IMG/VR virus record: IMGVR_UViG_3300045988_168409
Source of the DNA: a virus
Strand: one strand, 5' to 3'
Length of the DNA stretch: 64,000 nt
Under the pieces are notes generated by a model, which was not told the origin of the DNA, searched no databases, and saw only the letters and a list, made by a program, of their open reading frames with translations. Positions 10,158 to 18,839 of the stretch are shown here, piece by piece. Position 1 is the stretch's first letter. Every line of letters begins with the position of its first letter. The translations under genes were made by a program, and so were the position numbers.

Positions 10158-11054
10158 GTGTCCACATCCACGGAAATCACCAGAATACAGACCGCACGCA
10201 ACACGATCCGCGACAAACTGATCGACCTTGGGCTTGCGCTGTCGGCCGATACGCTGGACAAGCTGGCCACGGCGATCGCGGGCATTGTGAACAACGGCGC
10301 CGTGTCCGCCGAAGTCAAGGAGGGCGACAGCTACACGATCCCTGCCGGATACCACAACGGTTCCGGAACGGTCCTCGGCGTGGCAGGTGGCGGCAACTAT
10401 GTGCTTCAGGCGAAGGAGATCACTCCGACAAAAAGCCAGCAGAGCGTTACGCCGGACGCCGGTAAATACGGCCTGTCGTCCGTGACGGTAAAGCCCATAC
10501 CGGATGCGTACCAGAACGTGAGCGGCGTTACCGCGACGGCGGCGGACGTTCTCGTCAACAAGATCATCGTTGACGCGACGGGCAAGACCATCGCCGGTAC
10601 TCTGCCGGAAAACGGAACGGTGACGGCCACGCTGGATGCTACTACGGGGAAGCAGTCTTACACTATCCCAAAAGGCAACCATTCCGGCTCCGGCAAGGTG
10701 AGCATTGTTCTGGAAGAAAAGACCGCCACACCGAAAACAACGGCGCAGACCATGACGCCGACGGCGGGCAAGGTAATCAGCAAGTTCACTGTGGAAGCTA
10801 TTCCCGCAAAATTCGGCGACGCCTCCAACGCAACGGCGGAGGCCGGAGACATCCTTGCAGGGGAAACGGCCATTTCCCTTGACGCCAACGGGAACGCCGT
10901 GGAGGTCGAAGGCACGATGCCGGATCAGGGAACGGTCACGGCGACCATCGACGGACTGACCGTTACGAGTTATACCATACCGGCCGGAAAGCATTCCGGC
11001 AGCGGAACGGTATCTCTGACGGACGACATCGAAAAGGCGCTGGCGGCCATTTAA
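10158..11054 (+). CDS. Repeat-containing tail fibre / receptor-binding candidate
   Basis: 298 aa from GTG (AAGGAGG RBS); three copies of SYTIP(A/K)G(Y/N/K)H(N/S)GSG(T/K)V and two of ...TP(T/K)...Q(S/T)(V/M)TP(D/T)AGK... Confidence 0.55.
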   Translation: MSTSTEITRIQTARNTIRDKLIDLGLALSADTLDKLATAIAGIVNNGAVSAEVKEGDSYTIPAGYHNGSGTVLGVAGGGNYVLQAKEITPTKSQQSVTPDAGKYGLSSVTVKPIPDAYQNVSGVTATAADVLVNKIIVDATGKTIAGTLPENGTVTATLDATTGKQSYTIPKGNHSGSGKVSIVLEEKTATPKTTAQTMTPTAGKVISKFTVEAIPAKFGDASNATAEAGDILAGETAISLDANGNAVEVEGTMPDQGTVTATIDGLTVTSYTIPAGKHSGSGTVSLTDDIEKALAAI

Positions 11055-11072
11055 GCGAAGGAGGGGAAGCCA

Positions 11073-11420
11073 ATGCCCGGTATTCCTTCACAAATCGACC
11101 GGATAAACAGCGCCAAGGCAGACATAGCGGCTGCCATAGAGGAACAGGGCGTCACGGTGCCGAGCGGGACGATGCTCGACGGCATGGCGACGCTCATCCG
11201 GAAAATCGCCCCGGTCATCGACGACCGCGTGATATATACGATGCTGGATATCGATATCGAAACGGGGGCGCTTCTCTGGAGCCACTTTGACCCATATACG
11301 GAAGGTTCCGTTCTGTCGCTCAGCGACGATGGCGGCCTTATCCAAACGGCGGCGGGCAATTTCAACATTGCCGTCATGTCACTTGATGCCGAGACAGGTA
11401 TCGTTTCGGCGAGTGTTTAA
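11073..11420 (+). CDS. Small fibre-associated protein sharing a C-terminal module with the Dit-like protein
   Basis: 115 aa; last 58 aa match 32/58 positions of the C-terminus of ORF 6743-8623 (manual alignment). Confidence 0.55.
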   Translation: MPGIPSQIDRINSAKADIAAAIEEQGVTVPSGTMLDGMATLIRKIAPVIDDRVIYTMLDIDIETGALLWSHFDPYTEGSVLSLSDDGGLIQTAAGNFNIAVMSLDAETGIVSASV

Positions 11421-11440
11421 ATGTACAAGGAGAAACGAAC

Positions 11441-12034
11441 ATGGCAACAGTTAATCTCGGACAGGCTGCGATAGTCAGCAAGGGCGCGTACAGCGCGGCG
11501 GCGTCTTACGCGCCGCTGAATCTTGTCACGCACAACGGCGGTTCCTATCTGTGTAAGCGGGGCTGCTCGAATATCGAACCTGGCGTTTCGCCCACCTGGC
11601 AGACATACTGGGTGGCGGCGACGGTCGGCATCCGGAGCTTTGCCAAAACCGGCGAGACTGCCGATGGTATGGAGTACACCGCCACGCTTTCGGACAACTC
11701 CACTTACGTTTTTGTTGTGAAAACGGCGGTGGATTACCCCATCAGCGTGGCAAACGGCGGCACGGGCGCAACGACGGCGGAGGCGGCGCGGGAAAATCTT
11801 GGAGTGCTGTCCAACGCCAACGGTGCGGTAGGCACAGCGAATCTCGGAGGCAAGGCTGTTACAGCGGAGAAGATCGCGGACAAGACGGTCGGCGCGGGTC
11901 AGCTTGCCGACGACATCCCCTACACCAAGTTCGGCCTTGCCGCCGATCAGGTGCGGCACATCTACACCGGGACGAGCGAAACACCGCCTGCCGAGTGGCA
12001 GCCGGGCGACATATACCTACAGTATTCTGTGTGA
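11441..12034 (+). CDS. Tail fibre-like protein
   Basis: 197 aa; ...YSAAASYAPLNLVTHNGGSYLC... and ...ISVANGGTGATTAEAARENLGV... motifs typical of phage fibre proteins. Confidence 0.6.
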   Translation: MATVNLGQAAIVSKGAYSAAASYAPLNLVTHNGGSYLCKRGCSNIEPGVSPTWQTYWVAATVGIRSFAKTGETADGMEYTATLSDNSTYVFVVKTAVDYPISVANGGTGATTAEAARENLGVLSNANGAVGTANLGGKAVTAEKIADKTVGAGQLADDIPYTKFGLAADQVRHIYTGTSETPPAEWQPGDIYLQYSV

Positions 12035-12044
12035 GGTGAACGGA

Positions 12045-12539
12045 ATGGCATGGAGCACCACAGCGCCGGAGCTGCCAAGCGGCAGCGCTTGGGAGCAGGA
12101 AAAGAGCGTTTATGGAAGAGCGAACCATTGGAGCCTCTCCGGAAAGCTTTACATCGCTCGCCTGAACGGAAGGCAGTTCGCCGTTAAAGCCGAGCTGACG
12201 AGCGACAACGGCAGCTACGGCACTTATTACCCGCCGGAGAAATGGACGCTCCGGTGCGATATTGGCGGCGTCACCGGCACAGAGGATACGTCCTTCGACG
12301 TATCAAAAGGAACGACAACATTCTATTTTGTCGGAGAAGCCGGAGAGGGTGTAAATATCACCGTCAAGGTAGGCGGCGTGGGCGCCGCGGTTGCCGTCCA
12401 AACCGCGACCTTTACCGCGCCTGCGTTGTTCGGCGATATTCTGTATTTGAACGTGAACGGCGCGGCAAAACAAGTGACGCGCGTTCTGCTGAATGTCAAC
12501 GGAACGGCACAAGAAGCCCTTGTCAAATCCAACCCATAA
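12045..12539 (+). CDS. Hypothetical tail-fibre-module protein
   Basis: 164 aa from ATG 12045 (GAGGTGA RBS); track ORF starts further upstream at 11904 inside previous gene. Confidence 0.5.
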   Translation: MAWSTTAPELPSGSAWEQEKSVYGRANHWSLSGKLYIARLNGRQFAVKAELTSDNGSYGTYYPPEKWTLRCDIGGVTGTEDTSFDVSKGTTTFYFVGEAGEGVNITVKVGGVGAAVAVQTATFTAPALFGDILYLNVNGAAKQVTRVLLNVNGTAQEALVKSNP

Positions 12540-12551
12540 GGAGGCGAAATC

Positions 12552-12857
12552 ATGCACATTCACCAGCGGATAGAATCGACCCTGCGGTTCGAGGTAGAGG
12601 GCGTGTCGCTCCTCGACGGCTCAAAATACGAGCTTTACCTCAAACAGCCGTTCGGCGTGTTCTATCAATTCACGCCAGAAATCATCAACGAAAACACATT
12701 CGACGTAACGATTCCTTACGAGGCGGCGATGGAGCTTACCACCGGTACGGTGAACTTCCAACTCGCTTTCCGCACCGCGGAGGATACGCCGGTCATGGGC
12801 GATACCTGTATCGTCGATGTGCAAGAATGTCAAAAGAGAGGTGGATACCATGGCTGA
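12552..12857 (+). CDS. Hypothetical protein
   Basis: 101 aa, AAGGAGG RBS, overlaps next gene by 8 nt. Confidence 0.5.
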   Translation: MHIHQRIESTLRFEVEGVSLLDGSKYELYLKQPFGVFYQFTPEIINENTFDVTIPYEAAMELTTGTVNFQLAFRTAEDTPVMGDTCIVDVQECQKRGGYHG

Positions 12858-13734
12858 TTTCAAAATGAAGTTTACCGGCATCGTAAACGGCGGCAAAGGC
12901 TTGCCGGGCCCGCAGGGACCGCAGGGCGACCCCGGCGCGGCGGCGACGGTGAGGGTCGGCACGGTAACGACGGGAGAACCGGGGACGGACGCTATCGTGA
13001 CAAACAGCGGAACGGAAAACGCCGCGGTTCTCGACTTCACCATCCCGAGAGGCGAAAATGGTGCGGGGGGCGGGGCAGAACCGGAGACCATAACGTGGGA
13101 CGGCGAAACTTCCGGTCTGGTTTCTGCGGATGTAAACGGATATTTGTATTACAAAGTGTCCGACTACGTTCCAAAAATCAAGGACTTAATCGGCGGAACA
13201 GTGAGTTGCAGCGATGGGGGTAAAAAGGTTATCGCCGCGGACGACGTTACATACGTGAATGTTGGGGATAACGGATTCTCAGTTGGCACCTCAAACATAG
13301 ACCTGAGGTTTTTCGTTGTCTACAAAGATAACGCTGTCATTAACGCCTTTGATTTTCCGCAAAAGGGCGTTTATTTTGAAAAGGGCACGGCGTTCGTATC
13401 CGCCCTGTCGTTCACCGTAACCAACGACAGCAACGTCACAGTGGAGATCAATGCTCCCGCAGACGAGGAAACCGGCGCAATAACGCCAACGGTTGTAACG
13501 CCAATGTGTCTCATTAAAGAAGCTGCTGGGCGGGGTTTTGTTATTAACGCCACGATGCGGCTGAACGCCATGACATTATCGTCCTTTTCTGCTGCCCCTG
13601 TTGCGGAATTTACCGCACTATTCGCTCTTTATCCCGACGCCGGTCTTAGCATATACGTTTACGCAGTAAAGTGCTCCTACGAAGGGGCGTGCAGCGCAAG
13701 CCCCTACACATTGACCATGGCAGCAATCGAATAA
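12850..13734 (+). CDS. Collagen-like repeat tail fibre protein
   Basis: 294 aa from ATG 12850; GGKGLPGPQGPQGDPGAAATVRVGTVTTGEPGTDAIVTNSGTENAAVLDFTIPRGENG is the classic G-X-Y plus fibre-shoulder motif. Confidence 0.65.
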   Translation: MADFKMKFTGIVNGGKGLPGPQGPQGDPGAAATVRVGTVTTGEPGTDAIVTNSGTENAAVLDFTIPRGENGAGGGAEPETITWDGETSGLVSADVNGYLYYKVSDYVPKIKDLIGGTVSCSDGGKKVIAADDVTYVNVGDNGFSVGTSNIDLRFFVVYKDNAVINAFDFPQKGVYFEKGTAFVSALSFTVTNDSNVTVEINAPADEETGAITPTVVTPMCLIKEAAGRGFVINATMRLNAMTLSSFSAAPVAEFTALFALYPDAGLSIYVYAVKCSYEGACSASPYTLTMAAIE

Positions 13735-13747
13735 AGGAGAAAAGCCA

Positions 13748-14479
13748 ATGACAGAAACCGAAATTCGACAGAAAGTCGTGTCCACCGCTCTCGCGTGGCT
13801 GGGGACGCGCGAGAACACTGCAAAGCATCTCGAGATGTTGGCAATTTACAATGCGCAGCGCCCGCTGCCCCGCGGCTGGAAAATGAAAGTCACCGATTTT
13901 TGGTGCGCAGCGTTCGTGTCCACCGTATCCTTGCAGTGCGGGCTGCGCGACATCATGCCGACCGAGTGCGGCTGCCCGGGTATGGTGCGGCTCTATCAGG
14001 AGATTGGCCGCTGGGTGGAGGACGATGCTTATATCCCGTCCCCGGCCGACGTGATTTTTTACGACTGGCAGGACAGCGCAACGAACTACGCCACTACCGA
14101 CAACGTCGGCCACCCCGACCATGTAGGCATTGTGCTCGACTGCGACGGCAATAACATGACTATCATTGAGGGCAACAACGCCAACGCCGTGAACAAGCGT
14201 GTTCTTGCCGTGAATGACCGCTTCATCCGAGGTTACGGCATTCCCGACTTTGCGAGTAAGGCGGACGGCGCAGAGCCGCAGCCCGAACCGGCGCCGGAAC
14301 CGACGCCGCAGCCTGAACCCGAGAAGCCCGCCGAGGAGACGGCGGTTGACCCGTTCATCACGGCGAAGGCCAGCGAGGTCATCAACGGGAAATGGGGCAA
14401 TGGGCAGGCCCGCAAGGACGCGCTCGCCGCATGGTTTGTCAAAGCTGTGCAGGACGAGGTGAACCGGCTGCTTGCCTGA
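13748..14479 (+). CDS. Endolysin: CHAP-type peptidase + Pro/Glu linker + CW_7-like wall-binding motif
   Basis: 243 aa; catalytic-type ...DFWCAAFVS... and ...HPDHVGIVL...IIEGNN...; linker EPQPEPAPEPTPQPEPEKP; C-terminal ...VINGKWGNGQARKDAL... Confidence 0.8.
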   Translation: MTETEIRQKVVSTALAWLGTRENTAKHLEMLAIYNAQRPLPRGWKMKVTDFWCAAFVSTVSLQCGLRDIMPTECGCPGMVRLYQEIGRWVEDDAYIPSPADVIFYDWQDSATNYATTDNVGHPDHVGIVLDCDGNNMTIIEGNNANAVNKRVLAVNDRFIRGYGIPDFASKADGAEPQPEPAPEPTPQPEPEKPAEETAVDPFITAKASEVINGKWGNGQARKDALAAWFVKAVQDEVNRLLA

Positions 14480-14514
14480 CACGCAGACGAAACGACATAA
14501 GGAGCGACGGATTT

Positions 14515-15300
14515 ATGCTTCCGGATTTTGATATGGTCGTACACCGGTTTGAAGACCGGCCGGATCTGACAATCATTCCCATCAGCGACGTACATTTGGG
14601 TGCTGCTGAACACATGGAGAAGGAATGGGCGTCCTTCTGCGAGAACGTTCTTTCCGATCCAGGTGTCCGTATTATCCTGGTTGGCAATCTTATCAACAAC
14701 GCCACGCGCAACAGCGTATCCAACGTTTTTGAAGAGACGATGCGCCCCCGCGAGCAGAAAAAGATGATGACGCAGATGCTTATGCCGCTGCGTGACCGTA
14801 TTCTTGCCAGCGTGAGCGGGAACCACGAGCGGCGCAGTCTGAAGGACGCGGATGACGATCCGAGCTACGATATCATGTGCAAGCTCGATCTGGAGCACCT
14901 GTACCGCGAGAATATCGCGTTCATCAAGATCCAGATGGGGAAGGCAAGAGCCGACGGGCTGACAAACCCGACGTATACCATCGTTGCCACGCACGGCGCC
15001 GGAGGCGGCATTTATACCGGCGCGGCGGTGAACCGCAACGAGCGCTTCGGCTACGTCATCGACGGAATGGACTGCCTCATTGTGGGGCACACGCACAAGC
15101 CGTTCGTTACGCAGCCGAGCAAGATCAAGATAAACCCGTATAACAATACGGTGTCTATGCGCCCGTTCAAGGTGGTGTCCACGACGAGCTGGTTAAATTT
15201 TGGCGGCTATGCGGCGCAGAAAATGCTCCTGCCGTCCAGCCATGCCGTGCAGACGATCACGCTGACGGGAAAACGCAAGGAAATCGTTGTAACTATGTGA
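14515..15300 (+). CDS. Calcineurin-like metallophosphoesterase
   Basis: 261 aa from ATG 14515 (AAGGAG RBS); motifs ISDVHLG, GNLINN, SGNHE, ATHGAGGG, VGHTHK in canonical order. Confidence 0.8.
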   Translation: MLPDFDMVVHRFEDRPDLTIIPISDVHLGAAEHMEKEWASFCENVLSDPGVRIILVGNLINNATRNSVSNVFEETMRPREQKKMMTQMLMPLRDRILASVSGNHERRSLKDADDDPSYDIMCKLDLEHLYRENIAFIKIQMGKARADGLTNPTYTIVATHGAGGGIYTGAAVNRNERFGYVIDGMDCLIVGHTHKPFVTQPSKIKINPYNNTVSMRPFKVVSTTSWLNFGGYAAQKMLLPSSHAVQTITLTGKRKEIVVTM

Positions 15301-15304
15301 AAAA

Positions 15305-15328
15305 GGGAGCCGAAAGGCTCCCTTTTTT
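15305..15328 (+). terminator. Rho-independent terminator of the late (+) operon
   Basis: GGGAGCC-GAAA-GGCTCCC followed by TTTTTT. Confidence 0.85.
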
Positions 15329-15351
15329 GTGTAACAACACCATGAAAAATG

Positions 15352-15388
15352 AAAAGCGCTGCACCGGTATTCCCGTACCGGTGCAGCG
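15352..15388 (-). terminator. Terminator of the leftward recombinase/desulfurase operon
   Basis: 13-bp perfect stem CGCTGCACCGGTA/TACCGGTGCAGCG, 6-nt loop, followed by C + TTTT on the minus strand. Confidence 0.65.
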
Positions 15389-15514
15389 GGCGGATGATCT
15401 GAACCTTCCCTGCGCAAAAAAAGCACAAGACACCAAGCCACAGTATATCTCACAGGAGCAAATCGCACAAGCAAAAGTTGCCAAGCTTCTTTGCTCTGCA
15501 ATTATTATAAACGA

Positions 15515-16576
15515 TTAACGTGCCCGAGGCAATAATTTTCTGAGTTTTTCCACAGCGTTTTTCAGCGCAAAGAGCAGTGCGTTCACGTCATTCCGCGTTG
15601 TCTCCGGGCAGATGGAGATACGCACGGTCTCCAGCGCCTCTTTTTCCGACAATCCGCTGACAAGAAGCACACGGGACGGCTCCCTGCTTCCGGCGGAACA
15701 CGCGCTGCCGGCGGAACAGCAGACGCCCTGCGCATCGAGCAGGGGGAGAAGCTGCGCGGAAGGGATACCGTCGAACCGGATGGAGATAATATGCGGGGAG
15801 GCCGTCCATCCGTAGTCTTTCGCATTGATATGCCCGCCGGATATAGATGGAACGAGGTCTTCGATCGTTTGCCGTATCGCACTCATATGGCGCAGAGCCG
15901 GGTACATGTTCTCGGTACGATACGAAAGCGCGGCTGCCATGGCGGCGGCGAGCGCTACGGATGGGGTGCCGGGACGAACGCCTCCCTCCTGACCACCTCC
16001 GGCGAAGAGCGAGGAAATTCGCAGAGTATGTCGTCTGGCATAAATAAAGCCGATGCCCTGCGGTGCGCCAAACTTATGCCCCGCGGCGGTGAGACAGTCG
16101 CAATCCAGCCTTTGTACATCTACATAAGTCTGCCCGACCGCGGCAACGCCGTCCAAGTGCAAAAGGTCATAATTCGCGCGAGCTGCCGCAAGATACTCCG
16201 GCGATAGAATCTCGCCCGTTTCGTTATTGACATAAGGGGCAGACAAGCAAGGAAACTGTTGATAGGGTTTTTCACAGCCGACTGTTTCCCACACGGATGC
16301 ATGAGAGGTACTGCCGCGCACAATAGCCCCGTACTTCCGAAGAGCATGAACTGCGAGATTGTTTGCCTCCGTACCGCCAGAGCAAAAGTAAATCTCTTTC
16401 GGATCCGCGCGGATGCATGAAGCGATGATTTCGCGGGATTCTTCCAAAGACTTCTTTGCCGCTCTTCCCGCGGCGTGCGTGCTGTCGGGGTTTCCTTGCG
16501 GTGCCCGCCGAAACGCCTCTATAGCGCACGAAAGCGTCGGCGTAGACGCGGCGTGGTCGAAATAGTACATGGACAT
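15515..16576 (-). CDS. Cysteine desulfurase-like class V aminotransferase (NifS/IscS/DndA-like)
   Basis: 353 aa; ...FDHAASTP..., ...FCSGGTEANNLAV..., PLP-Lys context ...TAAGHKFGAPQGIGFIY..., Cys loop ...CCSAGSACSAGS... Confidence 0.85.
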   Translation of the reverse strand: MSMYYFDHAASTPTLSCAIEAFRRAPQGNPDSTHAAGRAAKKSLEESREIIASCIRADPKEIYFCSGGTEANNLAVHALRKYGAIVRGSTSHASVWETVGCEKPYQQFPCLSAPYVNNETGEILSPEYLAAARANYDLLHLDGVAAVGQTYVDVQRLDCDCLTAAGHKFGAPQGIGFIYARRHTLRISSLFAGGGQEGGVRPGTPSVALAAAMAAALSYRTENMYPALRHMSAIRQTIEDLVPSISGGHINAKDYGWTASPHIISIRFDGIPSAQLLPLLDAQGVCCSAGSACSAGSREPSRVLLVSGLSEKEALETVRISICPETTRNDVNALLFALKNAVEKLRKLLPRAR

Positions 16577-16596
16577 TACCTCCGTTAAAAACTGCG

Positions 16597-17556
16597 TCAG
16601 ACGGCGTGCAGGGAGCTCTGCGCGACCGGCGCATCAAGGATATCGCTGAACGTTTCCGCAAGGGCTGTCTTGGTGAGACGCTGCGCGTAAATGCGCGTCG
16701 TAGACGGCTGGGCATGGCCGAGGATTTCGGAAATGCTCTCGATGGGCGCGCCCTTTTCGAGCAGGAACGACGCGGAGGCGTGGCGCATGGCGTGGGTGCG
16801 GCAGGAAGCCTCTTCGCCGAGAATGGACGCGGTATAGTTTTTGATAAGCGTGGAGAGCTGCTGACGCTCCAAGCTCTTCCACGCGCCTGTGAGACGGTCA
16901 CAGCAGCCGAACAGGGGCTCGGTGTCCCCTGCGTCCGCCGGGCGAATACCGGAGCTCAGATACGCTCTGACGGCCTCCTGCGAAGCGGAGGGGAACGGGA
17001 CTACACGGGGTTTATCTCCCTTCGTTACGCGGGCGTACAGGGCCTTCTTATCCCAGAAAAGATCGGCGGGCGTGAGCGCACGCAGCTCAGAGTTGCGGAG
17101 ACCGCTCTGGAAGAGCAGCGTCACTTCGGCCTTCTCACGGAGCCAGGTATGCGGCTTGCGGGTATACACCGGCTCTTCGGCGTTGAGAAGCGCCGTGATC
17201 TGCTGCTCGTCCAGGATGTGGGAATATTCCTTCTTATGCGCTGCGGCGAGCTTGCGCTTGGGAGGACGGAGCTCATCCGGCACGGCATTTTCGCTGAAGA
17301 TGCGGATGGACACACCGTACTTGGAGAGCGCACGAAGATGCGTCAGGTACAGATCCGTTGTCACGATGGACCAGCTGCCGTCCTCTACGAACGCGACGAC
17401 CGACTGCGGGCAGAACTCAGAGAAGCCGTTCTTCTCCATGCTCTCGCGGAAGCGGCGGAACGTGCCGGTGTAGGCTTCGATGGACGCCTCCGTCCACTCG
17501 TTGCGCCGCATCTGCGCGGTGAACATTCTGACAACCTCATCGTAATTTTCAAACAT
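16597..17556 (-). CDS. Tyrosine recombinase, XerC/D-like (second recombinase in window)
   Basis: 319 aa; R (SGLRNSELRAL), H-x-x-R (HAMRHASAS), ...LGHAQPSTTRIYAQ catalytic Tyr; N-terminal SAM-like domain. Confidence 0.85.
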   Translation of the reverse strand: MFENYDEVVRMFTAQMRRNEWTEASIEAYTGTFRRFRESMEKNGFSEFCPQSVVAFVEDGSWSIVTTDLYLTHLRALSKYGVSIRIFSENAVPDELRPPKRKLAAAHKKEYSHILDEQQITALLNAEEPVYTRKPHTWLREKAEVTLLFQSGLRNSELRALTPADLFWDKKALYARVTKGDKPRVVPFPSASQEAVRAYLSSGIRPADAGDTEPLFGCCDRLTGAWKSLERQQLSTLIKNYTASILGEEASCRTHAMRHASASFLLEKGAPIESISEILGHAQPSTTRIYAQRLTKTALAETFSDILDAPVAQSSLHAV

Positions 17557-17576
17557 CTTCGTGACCTCCTTTTGCT

Positions 17577-17882
17577 TTATGCTTTATATGCCGGGCAGAC
17601 AGGCGTTTTGCAACCGCCGCCGGAAGAAAAATTTTCCTCGGAGCCGCCGAACGAGAGCGCGACGATCTCCTTTTCCCGCGCGGCCATGTCTTCCGAAAGA
17701 TAACTGACGGTCGTTTCGCAGTATTCGCAGACGCGCTTTGCGTCTTCCGGGTCGAGAGGATGGTCGAGATCGTCGAGCGTGTAGAAGATCAGGTCGGAGA
17801 GCATCTGAAGAAGCCCTGCGGCGCGGCGGAAGGTGCGCTGATCGCGCTGGGTTTGGAGGAAAAGGGAAGCGGATTCGCTCAT
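17577..17882 (-). CDS. Hypothetical protein
   Basis: 101 aa from ATG 17882; its last 13 codons overlap the promoter-like element. Confidence 0.45.
   Translation of the reverse strand: MSESASLFLQTQRDQRTFRRAAGLLQMLSDLIFYTLDDLDHPLDPEDAKRVCEYCETTVSYLSEDMAAREKEIVALSFGGSEENFSSGGGCKTPVCPAYKA
17585..17615 (-). promoter_or_regulatory. Conserved promoter-like element (copy 2 of 9)
   Basis: GG TTGCAA aacgcctgtctgcccgg CATATA AAG; 28 nt before ATG 17556; leader identical to copy at 32443. Confidence 0.65.
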
Positions 17883-17887
17883 CGGTG

Positions 17888-18700
17888 TTATACCCCCACT
17901 TCGTCGCCGTGGCGGGCGTAGGACGCGACGCACATATTCTTGAGCGCAAGGTCGAAAGCGTTGCGGAGAGCGGCGTCATTAGCAATGACGGAGAGCTTCG
18001 TAACCTTATCCGCTTCGGCTCTCGTGCCGCCGTTCTGCAGGATGCGCTTGCGTCGGTTTTCCACACGACGCGTCAGATCCGAGCGCGTAGACGATTCCAC
18101 GGTCATGTAAAGCTGATTGAATGCGACGCGGTAATCCAGATCATAGTCAAGGCAATACTGCCGGACCTTCCGGTTCATCTGCTCCTGCCAGCCATCCGAT
18201 ACGGCGGTCGGAGCGAGCACGGCAACGATGCCGTCGTTGAACCTTTCGAGCTTGTCCACCGATTCCGACAGCTCGGCAAGCTGCTTTTCGTGGTCAACCA
18301 GAATCTGCGCCTGGGCCAGAGCCTGCTCGGCCAACGTCATGGGCTTTGCGGAATAGCTTCCGGTTCGGCGGATGGTGGGGATGACCTCATCCGCGATCTT
18401 TGCCTGAAATCTCTCCGCCGTTTCATTCTTAGCCTTCATAGCGAGACGGTAGAAGATGTTTTCGGGAATAAATTCCGGAAGCCCATCCTTCCCAACAAGC
18501 TGGGAATCGTCGTGCCAACTTGTTGGCACGCCCAACTCGTTCAGATATTTCCGCACAGTTTCCCACCGGACAACTTCGTTTCCACTTGCAGCAATTCGCG
18601 TGAATCCCAGCCCGCGTGCGACGGTTTCGAGCCGAAGATATACGATGCCGTCTTTTTCGTAGCAGTCTACGCCATGAATGTTGAGAATGCCGTTTTCCAT
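17888..18700 (-). CDS. Phage antirepressor (Bro-N / Ant-like)
   Basis: 270 aa; ...FIPENIFYRLAMKAKNETAERFQAKIADEVIPTIRRTGSY... is the Bro-N signature; GGAGGA RBS. Confidence 0.8.
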   Translation of the reverse strand: MENGILNIHGVDCYEKDGIVYLRLETVARGLGFTRIAASGNEVVRWETVRKYLNELGVPTSWHDDSQLVGKDGLPEFIPENIFYRLAMKAKNETAERFQAKIADEVIPTIRRTGSYSAKPMTLAEQALAQAQILVDHEKQLAELSESVDKLERFNDGIVAVLAPTAVSDGWQEQMNRKVRQYCLDYDLDYRVAFNQLYMTVESSTRSDLTRRVENRRKRILQNGGTRAEADKVTKLSVIANDAALRNAFDLALKNMCVASYARHGDEVGV

Positions 18701-18727
18701 TAAGAATCCTCCATAAATAATATAAAA

Positions 18728-18756
18728 TTGACAATTTCATGGAGGCACGCTATAAT
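18728..18756 (+). promoter_or_regulatory. Perfect sigma-70 consensus promoter facing rightward (antisense to the arc-like gene)
   Basis: TTGACA (18728-33) - 17 nt - TATAAT (18751-56); lies in the RHH/ant intergenic region; flanked by inverted repeat GAGGCACGC...GCGTGCCTC. Confidence 0.6.
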
Positions 18757-18839
18757 ACAGAAAAGATTTGCACGTTCGCGTGCCTCTCTACTGGCCTCCT
18801 GTGCTGTACGATCTTGCCGGATGAACAGCGCAGGAGATT

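Noticed and set aside
15515-17556. Cysteine desulfurase plus XerC/D as host genes marking a prophage boundary
   Set aside because: Both are driven by the phage-wide promoter-like element (with a leader identical to the one at 32443) and are flanked on both sides by phage genes. I still list the host-origin scenario as the refutation test.
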